Translations under genes and position numbers: made by a program
Assembly (NCBI RefSeq): GCF_000196355.1
Contig: NC_007614.1
Span: 3,120,001-3,152,000 of the forward strand
Origin: Nitrosospira multiformis ATCC 25196
GTDB taxonomy: Bacteria; Pseudomonadota; Gammaproteobacteria; Burkholderiales; Nitrosomonadaceae
Direction of reading: 5' to 3'
Length of the DNA: 32,000 bases
Part shown: positions 14,742 to 25,268 of the stretch, piece after piece
Layout of the letters: each line of letters begins with the position of its first letter
Numbering within the stretch: the stretch's first letter is position 1
Notes under the pieces: generated by a model
Seen by the model: the letters and a program-made list of their open reading frames with translations, nothing else
The model's database searches: none
What the model was told of the DNA's origin: nothing

Positions 14742-17700
14742 GTGTCTGCTCCGACAACGTTTATTCATCTACGGTTGCACAGCGAGTATTCCGTAGTAGA
14801 TGGCATCGTCCGCATAGACGAGGCAGTGGCCAAAGCCGTTGCTGAGGGAATGCCGGCCCTGGCGCTGACCGATCTCTCGAACCTGTTCGGCCTCATCAAG
14901 TTCTACCAGGAAGCGCGCAATAAAGGACTCAAGCCGATTGTCGGCTGCGATGTGTGGATCAGTAACGACATCGATCGGGACAAATCCTTTCGAATACTGC
15001 TCCTATGCCAATCCTATCCCGGCTATCTCGCGCTGTGCCGCCTGCTATCGCGCGCTTATCGGGAAAATCAGTATCGGGGGCGGGCGGAAATCAGGAAATC
15101 CTGGTTAAGCGCCAGCGATCTCGGAACGGAAGGCCTGATTGCTCTTTCAGGCGCCAATCTGGGCGACATAGGCCTGGCGCTTATACACAACGACTTGGAT
15201 CAGGCCCGCACCCTTGCCCAAGAGTGGACGGAACTCTTCCCCGGTCGTTTTTATATCGAAGTGCAACGGGCAGGGCACGCCAACGCTGAAGCGCTGGTGC
15301 AACGTTCCCTTGCTCTGGCGGCGGCCTTGCGCCTCCCGGTGGTGGCAACGCACCCGGTGCAATACCTGAATCCGGAAGACTACCGCGCCCACGAGGCCCG
15401 GGTCTGCATTTCTCAGGGCTACGTGCTGGGCGATCGGCGCCGGCCCAGGCATTGCACCGAGGAGCAATATTTCAAAACCCAGGCGGAAATGAGCGCTTTA
15501 TTTGCCGACATACCTTCGGCACTTGCCAATACCATGGAAATTGCCAGGCGATGCAATCTGGCCCTGGAATTGGGAATCAATCGCCTTCCCCAGTTTCCGA
15601 CGCCGAATAACGAAAGCCTGGATTTGTACCTGCGCAATCAGGCCAGCACAGGTCTGGAAAAACGCATGCGAGCACTTTTTCCGGATCCCGATCGACGCGC
15701 TGCCGAGATGCCGAAGTATCGCGCCCGACTGGATTTCGAAGCCGATACTATCGTGCAAATGGGTTTTGCCGGATATTTTCTGATCGTGGCTGATTTTATC
15801 AACTGGGCCAAGCAGAATGACGTGCCAGTCGGGCCGGGACGGGGCTCCGGAGCGGGTTCGCTGGTTGCTTATTCCCTCGGCATTACCGATCTGGACCCGC
15901 TCCGCTATGATCTGTTGTTCGAGCGCTTTCTCAATCCCGAACGCGTCTCCATGCCCGACTTCGATATCGATTTCTGCCAGGATGGGCGCGAACACGTGAT
16001 CGAATACGTGAAACAGAAATATGGGGCCGAGAGCGTTTCGCAGATCGCCACTTTCGGCACCATGGCGGCCAAGGCTGTGGTCAGGGATGTGGGCCGGGTG
16101 CTGGACCTGCCCTATAACTTTGTCGATCAGCTGGCCAAACTGGTTCCTTTCGAACTGGGCATGACTCTGAAAAAAGCGCGGGAGGAAGAGCCGCAATTGA
16201 ATCAACGGGCAGAAGCGGAGGAGGAGGTTCGCAATCTGCTCGAGTTGGCCGAGCGGCTGGAGGGACTGACGCGCAATGTGGGCATGCATGCGGGAGGTGT
16301 GCTGATTGCCGCGGGAAAGATCACTGATTTTTGTCCTGTATATTGCGCGGACGGGGGGGAATCGGTCGTAAGCCAGCTTGATAAAGATGATGTGGAGAAA
16401 GTTGGTCTGGTGAAGTTCGATTTTCTGGGATTGAGGACTTTAACCATACTCGACTGGAGCGTAAGGTATATCCGGCAGCGCAAGTCGGGCAATACAGGAA
16501 ACGATTCCGAAACTCGATCGTTTTCGCTCGAGAACCTCCCGCTGGATGACCCCGATACCTACGCGCTGATGCGACAAGGTAACGCGGTGGGAATCTTCCA
16601 GTTCGAATCCCGCGGCATGAAGGATCTTTTGCAGAAAGCCCGGCCGGACCGGTTCGAAGACCTCATCGCGCTGGTAGCCCTGTACCGTCCCGGCCCAATG
16701 TCGCTGATCCCGGAGTTTATCGAACGCAAGCATGGCAAGCGGGTAGTGGAATATCTCGACCCTCGCCTGAAACCGATACTCGAGCCCACCTACGGGATCA
16801 TGGTTTATCAGGAACAGGTGATGCAGATCGCCCAGGTGATAGGCGGATACAGCCTGGGCAGCGCCGATCTGCTGCGCCGGGCAATGGGCAAGAAAAAGCC
16901 CGAGGAAATGGCTTTGCAGCGCGACATCTTCGTGTCAGGAGCAGTCAAGAATGGGCTGACAGAGGGCGATGCGGCTGAGTTGTTCGACCTGATGGAAAAA
17001 TTCGCCGGCTATGGATTCAATAAATCCCATGCAGCCGCTTATGCCCTGATAGCCTTCCAGACCGCTTACCTGAAAGCGCATTATCCGTCTGAATTCATGT
17101 CGGCCACCTTGTCCGCCGACATGGATGATACGGACAAGGTACACATATTTTTTGAGGACAGCATTGCCAATGGGTTGGCGGTCCTGCCTCCCGATATCAA
17201 CCTGTCCGGTTATCGCTTTGTCCCGGTAGACGAGAAAACCATAAGGTATGGGCTGGGGGCAATAAAAGGAACAGGAGAATCGGCAATAGCCGCTATCATT
17301 CAGGCCCGTGAGCAGGGAGGTGCATTCAGCGATTTGTTCGATTTCTGTCATCGGGTAGACAAACGTATCGTTAACCGGCGCGTGGTGGAATCGCTTATAC
17401 GCGCGGGCGCATTCGATGCTATCGACACCCATCGCGCAGCCTTGCTGGCATCGGTTGGAATCGCCCTCGAATCGGCGGAGCAGGCAGAACGCTCGGTTAA
17501 TCAGGTAAGCTTGTTTGGGGAGGAAATGGGCGTCATCGAACGTCCGGCCCTGGTCAAGGTGCCCGTATGGCCGGAAAAGGAAACGCTGAAAAATGAAAAA
17601 CTGGCCCTCGGGCTCTATTTGAGCGGCCATCCCTTCAATGCCTACAGGGAGGAATTGAATCATTTTGTGCGCACCCGGCTGAATCGGCTGGTTCCTCAGC

Positions 17701-18266
17701 GGGAGCCGCAGCTCCTCGCAGGCATCGTGTATGCGATACGCACGCAGGTAACCCGGAGGGGCAGAATGGGGGTGATCGTGCTGGATGACGGAAGCAATCA
17801 GGTGGAACTGGTTGCATACAGCGAACTGTTCGAGTCTGCCCGCGGCTGGTTGAAGGAAGATCAGCTTGTGATTGCGGAAGCAAGAGTCAGTCACAGGATG
17901 GGCGATGATGAATATGGAAACGGGCTGCGGATAACCGCTGATGTGCTGTATGATCTGGATGGCGCGCGCTCACGGTACGCCAGACGGGTGGAGGTACATT
18001 GCAACGGATCCTCCAGCGCCACCAGATTGAAAGAACTGCTTGCGCCCTACCGGCTCGATGGCGGCGGTGCCGGTCCAAAAAAAGGAGCTGCCGGTCATTC
18101 GAGCGGCGCCAATGCCGAGGTTTGTCCTGTGCGGATCGTCTACCGAAACCAGAATGCCGCCTGTGAGCTCGACCTGGGCGATGCATGGCGTATCCGCCTC
18201 CATGAGCCAGCACTGCAATCTCTGACCGCGCATTTCAAGATGGAAAATGTCAGAATCGTATACTGA
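14742..18266 (+). CDS. dnaE: DNA polymerase III alpha subunit
   Basis: About 1170-1188 aa. The PHP domain starts at FIHLRLHSEYSVVDG. GFAGYFLIVADFI, PDFDIDF and YGFNKSHAAAYA are present. The start is ambiguous: TTG 14700 (track) or GTG 14742, which gives the usual short N-terminus. Neither has a good SD. Confidence 0.97.
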   Translation: MSAPTTFIHLRLHSEYSVVDGIVRIDEAVAKAVAEGMPALALTDLSNLFGLIKFYQEARNKGLKPIVGCDVWISNDIDRDKSFRILLLCQSYPGYLALCRLLSRAYRENQYRGRAEIRKSWLSASDLGTEGLIALSGANLGDIGLALIHNDLDQARTLAQEWTELFPGRFYIEVQRAGHANAEALVQRSLALAAALRLPVVATHPVQYLNPEDYRAHEARVCISQGYVLGDRRRPRHCTEEQYFKTQAEMSALFADIPSALANTMEIARRCNLALELGINRLPQFPTPNNESLDLYLRNQASTGLEKRMRALFPDPDRRAAEMPKYRARLDFEADTIVQMGFAGYFLIVADFINWAKQNDVPVGPGRGSGAGSLVAYSLGITDLDPLRYDLLFERFLNPERVSMPDFDIDFCQDGREHVIEYVKQKYGAESVSQIATFGTMAAKAVVRDVGRVLDLPYNFVDQLAKLVPFELGMTLKKAREEEPQLNQRAEAEEEVRNLLELAERLEGLTRNVGMHAGGVLIAAGKITDFCPVYCADGGESVVSQLDKDDVEKVGLVKFDFLGLRTLTILDWSVRYIRQRKSGNTGNDSETRSFSLENLPLDDPDTYALMRQGNAVGIFQFESRGMKDLLQKARPDRFEDLIALVALYRPGPMSLIPEFIERKHGKRVVEYLDPRLKPILEPTYGIMVYQEQVMQIAQVIGGYSLGSADLLRRAMGKKKPEEMALQRDIFVSGAVKNGLTEGDAAELFDLMEKFAGYGFNKSHAAAYALIAFQTAYLKAHYPSEFMSATLSADMDDTDKVHIFFEDSIANGLAVLPPDINLSGYRFVPVDEKTIRYGLGAIKGTGESAIAAIIQAREQGGAFSDLFDFCHRVDKRIVNRRVVESLIRAGAFDAIDTHRAALLASVGIALESAEQAERSVNQVSLFGEEMGVIERPALVKVPVWPEKETLKNEKLALGLYLSGHPFNAYREELNHFVRTRLNRLVPQREPQLLAGIVYAIRTQVTRRGRMGVIVLDDGSNQVELVAYSELFESARGWLKEDQLVIAEARVSHRMGDDEYGNGLRITADVLYDLDGARSRYARRVEVHCNGSSSATRLKELLAPYRLDGGGAGPKKGAAGHSSGANAEVCPVRIVYRNQNAACELDLGDAWRIRLHEPALQSLTAHFKMENVRIVY

Positions 18267-18418
18267 TGAGTCATGCCAGACTATTCCTGGAGAAGATTCG
18301 AATGGGAAGCGTTCTTGACCCCAGGGATGAGTAGTTCTACTATGCTCACGCACACCCTCAACTATCGTTCCCACCGCACGGACCAGGTTGTCCGGAGCGG
18401 CTGGTAAAAGGCAGAAAA

Positions 18419-19153
18419 TTGGAACCGAATACATCAACCGTCGCGGCTGGATTGAAAAAAGTAAGAGCCCATATCACCGAGATCGCAGGGAAGGCAGGCC
18501 GGCAAGCCGGGGAAATCACCCTTTTGGCCGCCAGCAAAACCAATCCCGCAGAGCGGTTACGGGAAGCGTTTGTTGCAGGACAAACCGTTTTCGGCGAAAA
18601 CTATTTGCAGGAAGCGCTGGTCAAAATCGACGCCCTTAAGGATTTACCGATCGAGTGGCATTTCATCGGGCCTATCCAGAGCAACAAGACCCGGCGCATC
18701 GCGGAAAACTTTGCGTGGGTACACAGTGTAGACCGCAAAAAAATTGCCGAGCGCCTGTCGAAGGACAGGCCCGAAGCGCTTCCACCGCTTCAGATATGCT
18801 TGCAGGTCAATGTAAGCGGCGAAGACAGCAAAAGCGGTGTCGCCCCGGAAGAAGTGGCCGATCTGGCAGCGCATGTTGCCGAATTGCCGCGATTAAGGTT
18901 GCGGGGAGTAATGGCAATCCCTGAGCTTACCAAATTCACCGCCTTGCAGCGCAGCCAGTTTCGAATGCTGAAGGAAGCCTACGACCAGCTCAAGCAGAGC
19001 GGGTATGATGTGGACACCATCTCGATGGGGATGTCGGAAGACCTCGAACTCGCCATTCAGGAAGGAGCAACGATGGTGCGGATCGGTACAGCCATTTTTG
19101 GACCGAGACGCTATCCTATCCCGGAGGAGCTTGTCCGGCAAGCACAGCCCTGA
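18419..19153 (+). CDS. yggS: YggS-family pyridoxal-phosphate homeostasis protein
   Basis: 244 aa with a TTG start. LLAASKT (the PLP lysine), FGENYLQEA and WHFIGPIQSNKTR are present. Confidence 0.9.
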   Translation: MEPNTSTVAAGLKKVRAHITEIAGKAGRQAGEITLLAASKTNPAERLREAFVAGQTVFGENYLQEALVKIDALKDLPIEWHFIGPIQSNKTRRIAENFAWVHSVDRKKIAERLSKDRPEALPPLQICLQVNVSGEDSKSGVAPEEVADLAAHVAELPRLRLRGVMAIPELTKFTALQRSQFRMLKEAYDQLKQSGYDVDTISMGMSEDLELAIQEGATMVRIGTAIFGPRRYPIPEELVRQAQP

Positions 19154-19363
19154 ACAAGCCTTTCTCATTCGTCATTCCCGCGGAAGAGGGAATCCAGCAG
19201 TTTTGAAATAGCGATTTCCGTCACCGAAATAACCGGTTGCCGGCTATTTTTCCCGCCGGCCCACCTGCCGCACTCCGTCCATTCAACCCTTTGACAAATC
19301 CAGCGTGAAGAGAGAACGAAGGATAAGGGAGAACGGGTCCTCTTGCTTCCCGCTCGGCATCGG

Positions 19364-20124
<761 letters not shown>

Positions 20125-20664
20125 TTAATTTATCGTGGAGCTTAACAAGTGATAGCACACCTTTCCTGCATGTCCCCTGCGCCACACTGCCCATCCTTCA
20201 AACTCCGCGGGGCAATCGTCTTCCAGATAGACCATTCCTCCATCGGCAAGATGTGCGTGCAATTTGGGCAGTAGCCTGGGCAACAAATCGAGACGATAAG
20301 GTGGATCGAGAAATATCACATCGAAGCGGCGCCGATCGGAATCAATAAAATTCATGGCATCGATTCCCGCCAGTTCAATGCGCGTTGCCCCCAGTTTCTC
20401 GGCGGTGGCGCGAAGCGCTTTCAATACCGCAGGGCTGGATTCCACCATCACGACTTCCGCCGCTCCACGCGAAGCTGCTTCGAAACCCATTGCGCCGCTG
20501 CCTGCAAACAGATCGAGGCAGCGTTTGTGGCTCATATCCTGCCCTAGCCAATTGAAGACCGTCTCGCGCACCCGGTCAGGGGTGGGACGCAGGTCCATAT
20601 CGTTGGGAAAAGTCAGGATGCGGCTGCGCCACTCACCTCCTATGATTCGAACTCTATTTCTCAT
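20125..20664 (-). CDS. rsmD: 16S rRNA (guanine966-N2)-methyltransferase
   Basis: 179 aa with RIIGGEWRSRIL, RPTPDRVRETVFNWL, the SAM motif DLFAGSGAMGFEAASRGA, and FLDPPY. Confidence 0.9.
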   Translation of the reverse strand: MRNRVRIIGGEWRSRILTFPNDMDLRPTPDRVRETVFNWLGQDMSHKRCLDLFAGSGAMGFEAASRGAAEVVMVESSPAVLKALRATAEKLGATRIELAGIDAMNFIDSDRRRFDVIFLDPPYRLDLLPRLLPKLHAHLADGGMVYLEDDCPAEFEGWAVWRRGHAGKVCYHLLSSTIN

Positions 20665-20726
20665 CGTGCATGCGATGAAAAAAGAGAAAAACGTCTGTCA
20701 GGAGGAAGCGGCTTGCAAAAAGTTTT

Positions 20727-22037
20727 TTACTTTCCACTCGTGTCCGGAAGACCCACCACCACGGTTACCATGCCGGAGGGATTGATGCGTCGCTGGAAAG
20801 CCTGGGTTACCTGGGGGATGGTTACCTTCGATACCGCCTTTACGTAATCATTCAGATAGGTCAGGGGCAGATTGTAAAAACCGATCATGGCGAGGTATCC
20901 GAGTATCTTCTTGTTACTGTCGATACGCAGCGGGAAGCTGCCGATGATATTTTTTTTTGCTTCGATCAGTTCTTTTTCCGTTGGCCCTCCGGCAATAAAA
21001 TCAGCCAGGACTTTCCGGGTTATGGAAAGCGCCTCTTCAGACTGTTCTTTCTGGGTTTGCAATGCGATCTCGAAAGGGCCTTCTTCTTTCAGGGGGGTAA
21101 ACGAACTGTGAACACTGTAGGCCAGCCCATGTTTCTGGCGGATTTCCTCCATCAGGCGTGAGGTGAATCCGCCCCCGCCAAGGATGTGATTTCCCACAAT
21201 GAGAGGAAAATAATCGGGATCATCGCGTTTGATCCCGGGATAGGCGAGCTGGATATGACTCTGGGTAGCCGGATGGGCGATCCGCTGGGTGCCCTGGACG
21301 GGTGGCGTCACTGCCGGGATGCTTTGTCCTCGTTTTTCACGTGGCAGATCCTTGGTCAGGGATTCGGCAATCGCTGCGGCTTCGTCACGGCTTACATCTC
21401 CCATGATCGACACCACCGCATCTACCGCCGTATAGCGAAACCGGTGAAAATCGATCATATCCTGACGCCCCAGCTTGCTCACGCTCTCGATCTCACCCGA
21501 ACCTCTCAATCCATAAGGATGGGTACCGTAGAGCATTTTCATCAGCGATCGGTCGGCAATATTGCCGGGTTTGGTATCCGCTTCCTTGAGCCCTGCGATG
21601 ACACGCGCTTTTTCCCGCCCCAGGACGTATTCAGGAAAATCGGGGTGCTGGATGACCTTGCCGAACAATTCCAGTGCGCGGCCACGCTCGCGCGCGCTGC
21701 TCAATGTTCTGAGCGTAATCCCCGCCCGATCCTGATCGAAATGGGCGCCCAGCTGCGCGCCGACATCAGCGAATCCCTTGGTGAGCTGGTCTTCGGTCAA
21801 TCCTCCCGCTCCCAGATTCACGAGATGCAGGGCCATCGCCGCGCGGCCTGATTTATCGGGTGTGTCGGTGCTGCTACCCGCACTGAAATCCACACTCACA
21901 TCGAGAATGGGCAAGTCGCGGCTTTCGATGAAGTAAACGCGGGCACCCGAGTTTGCCTGCCAGTGCTGGATTGGCAGAGTGGCGTACGCCCATTGGGAAT
22001 AAAAGCCCAGGAAAAGGAAAAACAGGTGACGGAGCAT
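20727..22037 (-). CDS. M16-family (pitrilysin) peptidase, non-catalytic-type subunit, secreted
   Basis: 436 aa with a signal peptide MLRHLFFLFLGFYSQWAYA. It has the M16 fold but lacks HxxEH (AAMALHLVNLGAGG at that position). It is paired with the upstream M16 gene. Confidence 0.85.
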   Translation of the reverse strand: MLRHLFFLFLGFYSQWAYATLPIQHWQANSGARVYFIESRDLPILDVSVDFSAGSSTDTPDKSGRAAMALHLVNLGAGGLTEDQLTKGFADVGAQLGAHFDQDRAGITLRTLSSARERGRALELFGKVIQHPDFPEYVLGREKARVIAGLKEADTKPGNIADRSLMKMLYGTHPYGLRGSGEIESVSKLGRQDMIDFHRFRYTAVDAVVSIMGDVSRDEAAAIAESLTKDLPREKRGQSIPAVTPPVQGTQRIAHPATQSHIQLAYPGIKRDDPDYFPLIVGNHILGGGGFTSRLMEEIRQKHGLAYSVHSSFTPLKEEGPFEIALQTQKEQSEEALSITRKVLADFIAGGPTEKELIEAKKNIIGSFPLRIDSNKKILGYLAMIGFYNLPLTYLNDYVKAVSKVTIPQVTQAFQRRINPSGMVTVVVGLPDTSGK

Positions 22038-22053
22038 CTCTCAACCTCGCCGC

Positions 22054-23451
22054 TTAATGCCGCAAACCCGCCGGTACTGCCGCGGGTGCTTTCTGTTCCA
22101 GGGGCTGCGGATCGAGTACTGCAATCGTCAGATTATCGTCCTTCAAGTATTTTTTTGCCACCTCGCGCACCTGTTCGGCGGTAACAGCCTGCAATTTACG
22201 CAATATGGTGTCCACATCGCGATAGGACAATCCTATACTTTCGAGCTGGCCGATCTGCATTGCCTGGAAAAACATGGAATCGAGCTGAAAAACGTGTCCC
22301 GCCACCACCTGTGCCTTGACGCGCGCAAGCTCCTCCTCTGTCACGCCGTCACGTACGAGCTTTTCGATCTCGGCACGCAACGCCGCTTCCACCTCACCCA
22401 CTGTTTTGCCTTCGCTCGGTGTGCCATCGAGATAAAACACCGCGGGACCTCGCGCGGTGGAATCATAGCTGGCTCCGGCCGTGCTGGCGATGCGCTGCTC
22501 ACGCACCAGGGCTTTATTGAGCCGCGCCGATTCATTCCCATCGAGCACGCCCGCCAGCATCTCGAGTGCATACGGCTCCCAGTCCGTTTCCGGCTTGCTC
22601 AGCGATATAGCATGATAAGCCATTGCAACGTAGGGCAATTGCGCGGGCGCTTTTACTGTCAGCCGCTTGACGCCGAGCTGCTTCGGCTCGATCTGTGGCT
22701 TGCGTTGGTCCAGGGACAGCACGGGCTTCGCCTTTATCTGTCCGTAGTATTTTCGCGCCAGATTGAAGGTCTGCCGGGGGTCTACATCCCCGACCACCAC
22801 AAGCACAGCATTGTTGGGCGCATACCAGCGTTCATACCATTGCCGGGCGTCCCCCACAGTCATGTTCTGCAGATCGTTCATCCAGCCTATCACCGGATGC
22901 CGGTAAGGGTGCGACTGATAGGAGGTCGCCATAAGTGTCTCATGGACCAGAGAGCGCGCCTGATCGTCCGTACGTAACCGCCGTTCTTCCATCACGACTT
23001 TGATTTCCTTGGAAAACTCCTCTTCTGTCAGCACCAGATTGCGCATCCTGTCCGATTCCAGTTCCATCGCCAGCGGCAGCCGGGACTTATGCAATTGCTG
23101 AAAATAGGCCGTATAATCCTGCGCCGTGAAAGCGTTTTCACGGCCCCCCGCCGCTGCGATGAGGCGGGAAAACTCGCCGCCCGGTACTTTCTTCGTGCCC
23201 TTGAACATCATGTGTTCAAGCACGTGGGCGACGCCAGTCCTGCCGTTTACCTCGTCGATGCTCCCGGCCTTGTACCAGATTTGCGAGATGACGACCGGGG
23301 AACGATGATCTTCCTTGACGATGAGCCGCAAGCCATTACCCAGAGTGAATTCATGCGTGCTGGCAAGAGCGGCGGAGGAGAACAGCGAGACGGGGATTAC
23401 GAGAGCCGCCCATAAGCAAGCCGGCAAAAAGCGAAAGCACGGATAAGTCAT
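22054..23451 (-). CDS. M16-family zinc peptidase (HxxEH), secreted
   Basis: 465 aa with a signal peptide. The zinc motif is GVAHVLEHMMFKGT (HVLEH), with a downstream NAFT..DYT region. Confidence 0.88.
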   Translation of the reverse strand: MTYPCFRFLPACLWAALVIPVSLFSSAALASTHEFTLGNGLRLIVKEDHRSPVVISQIWYKAGSIDEVNGRTGVAHVLEHMMFKGTKKVPGGEFSRLIAAAGGRENAFTAQDYTAYFQQLHKSRLPLAMELESDRMRNLVLTEEEFSKEIKVVMEERRLRTDDQARSLVHETLMATSYQSHPYRHPVIGWMNDLQNMTVGDARQWYERWYAPNNAVLVVVGDVDPRQTFNLARKYYGQIKAKPVLSLDQRKPQIEPKQLGVKRLTVKAPAQLPYVAMAYHAISLSKPETDWEPYALEMLAGVLDGNESARLNKALVREQRIASTAGASYDSTARGPAVFYLDGTPSEGKTVGEVEAALRAEIEKLVRDGVTEEELARVKAQVVAGHVFQLDSMFFQAMQIGQLESIGLSYRDVDTILRKLQAVTAEQVREVAKKYLKDDNLTIAVLDPQPLEQKAPAAVPAGLRH

Positions 23452-23554
23452 CTTCTTTTTTAATTAATACCTGAATCCGGATAAACAGAATAAAATCCAG
23501 AATAAGATTGCGTGAGGTTTACTTCGAGGTCTCAAATACTGACAGCCTACCAGA

Positions 23555-24541
23555 ATGGCAAGTTTCTTCAAATCCAAAAATGATTCCACGACGAGCGAAC
23601 CTCCGAATTCGAATTGGGGGGTGAGGGTTCGGCAAGGCCTGTCCCGCACGCGTAACAACCTTGGCAAGCGCCTTTCGGGTCTCTTCGGTGGCGGAGCAAT
23701 CGATGAAGATCTCTACGAGGAGATGGAAACCATATTGCTCACGGCGGATGCGGGTGTCAGTGCCACCACCTGGCTGCTGGAGGAGTTGCGCAGAAAAGTC
23801 AAACGTAACGGCTTGACCGATGCGTCGCAGCTCAAAGAGGCGTTGCAGGAGGCGCTGGTCGACCTGCTGGAACCGCTTGCGCAACCCCTCGATACCAGCG
23901 CCCACCACCCTTTCATCATCATGCTGACCGGGGTGAACGGTGCCGGAAAAACCACTTCCATTGGAAAACTTGCGCATTATTATCAACTGCAGGGCAAGTC
24001 CGTGCTGCTCGCCGCGGGCGATACCTTCCGTGCCGCAGCGCGCGAGCAGCTGATGGCGTGGGGGGAGCGCAACCGCGTCGCGGTGATCGCGCAGGAAAGC
24101 AGCGATCAACAAAGAGGTGATCCGGCGGCGGTCATATTCGATGCCGTCAACGCGGCGAAAGCGCGGGGCATCGATATCGTGCTGGCGGACACTGCCGGAA
24201 GGCTGGCCACGCAACTCCACCTCATGGAGGAAATAAAAAAGGTGAAGCGCGTTATTGCCAAAACCGAGCCCGGGGCGCCTCATGAAACGTTACTGGTTCT
24301 GGATGCGAATACCGGGCAGAATGCAGTCAATCAGGTACAGGCATTCGACGATGCCCTTGGCCTGACAGGTCTCATTGTCACCAAGCTGGATGGAACCGCA
24401 AAAGGAGGCGTGCTTGCCGCCATCGCCCGCCAACGCCAGCAAAAAGTCCCGTTGCCTGTCCGGTTTATCGGTGTAGGTGAGGGTCTGGACGATTTGAGGC
24501 CTTTCGTCGCACGCGAATTTGTCGGAGCGTTGTTTGATTGA
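23555..24541 (+). CDS. ftsY: Signal recognition particle receptor FtsY
   Basis: 328 aa with an NG domain: GVNGAGKTTSIGKLA, DTFRAAA, DTAGRL and TKLDGTAKGG. The acidic A region is short. Confidence 0.95.
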   Translation: MASFFKSKNDSTTSEPPNSNWGVRVRQGLSRTRNNLGKRLSGLFGGGAIDEDLYEEMETILLTADAGVSATTWLLEELRRKVKRNGLTDASQLKEALQEALVDLLEPLAQPLDTSAHHPFIIMLTGVNGAGKTTSIGKLAHYYQLQGKSVLLAAGDTFRAAAREQLMAWGERNRVAVIAQESSDQQRGDPAAVIFDAVNAAKARGIDIVLADTAGRLATQLHLMEEIKKVKRVIAKTEPGAPHETLLVLDANTGQNAVNQVQAFDDALGLTGLIVTKLDGTAKGGVLAAIARQRQQKVPLPVRFIGVGEGLDDLRPFVAREFVGALFD

Positions 24542-24589
24542 GTTGATTGAGGGAAATATACGAAAAGGATGGAGTTGAGATGGAGTTGA
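24534..24589. repeat. Two perfect short tandem duplications in the ftsY-ftsE junction
   Basis: TTGATTGAG x2 (24534-24551) spans the ftsY stop codon and creates a second in-frame TGA. GATGGAGTTGA x2 lies at 24568-24589. Confidence 0.85.
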
Positions 24590-24614
24590 CCCGGCCAGCT
24601 CGCCGTACCAATAG

Positions 24615-25268
24615 ATGATCAGCTTCAGTGAGGTTTCCAAGCGCTACCCCAACGGTTTCGAGGCACTCCGGAATGTCAGTTTCACAGTAGAAACAGGCGA
24701 GATGGCCTTGATCAATGGCCATTCGGGAGCGGGGAAGACAACGCTGCTGCGGCTCATTGCCGCGATCGAGCGTTCCACCACCGGCAGCGTTATCGTCAAT
24801 GGCCAGGATGTAGGCAGACTCAATGATGCCGCTGTTCCTTTCCTGCGCCGCAACTTCGGACTGGTGTTTCAGGATCAGAAGTTGCTGTTCGACCGCAGCG
24901 TTTTTGAGAATGTTCTGCTTCCCCTGCAGATCAGCGGTTTCGAGTCGAAAGCGGCTGTCAGGCGGGTGCGCGCCGCGCTCGACAAGGTAGGGCTGCTGAA
25001 TAAGGAGAAAGCGCGTCCCATCACGCTTTCGGGGGGAGAACAACAGCGGCTGTGCATCGCGCGCGCCATTGTCAGCAGGCCTTCGATACTCATCGCCGAT
25101 GAGCCGACGAGCAATCTGGATATGGAGTATGCAAAGGATATCATGGCTATTTTCAAATCTTTTCATCAGGTAGGCGTTACCGTACTTATATCCACTCACG
25201 ATGTTGAATTGCTCGGTGGCACCCCGCAACGTATTCTCACTCTCAGTCACGGCGAGTTGACTGGATGA
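24615..25268 (+). CDS. ftsE: Cell division ATP-binding protein FtsE
   Basis: 217 aa with Walker A GHSGAGKTT, the signature LSGGEQQR, and Walker B ILIADEP. Confidence 0.95.
   Translation: MISFSEVSKRYPNGFEALRNVSFTVETGEMALINGHSGAGKTTLLRLIAAIERSTTGSVIVNGQDVGRLNDAAVPFLRRNFGLVFQDQKLLFDRSVFENVLLPLQISGFESKAAVRRVRAALDKVGLLNKEKARPITLSGGEQQRLCIARAIVSRPSILIADEPTSNLDMEYAKDIMAIFKSFHQVGVTVLISTHDVELLGGTPQRILTLSHGELTG

Noticed and set aside
13790-17894. Long minus-strand ORFs 13790..14485 (231 aa), 15498..16289 (263 aa) and 16935..17894 (319 aa)
   Set aside because: They are antisense to the alpha/beta hydrolase and dnaE, whose identities are unambiguous. No motifs were found. These are shadow ORFs.
19174-19251. 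Hairpins in the yggS/ferredoxin convergent spacer, including alternating GAAAT/ATTTC segments resembling an attenuator
   Set aside because: The stems are only 4-6 bp and AT-rich (ATTCCC/GGGAAT, CCGG-TTG-CCGG). This is too weak to call a terminator or attenuator with confidence.
20950-20958. T9 (A9 on the coding strand) homopolymer inside the non-catalytic M16 peptidase gene as a phase-variation tract
   Set aside because: It encodes an ordinary A-K-K-N segment (GCA AAA AAA AAT) deep inside a housekeeping-type gene. There is no supporting evidence of variability, so I note it only as a possible sequencing-error hotspot.
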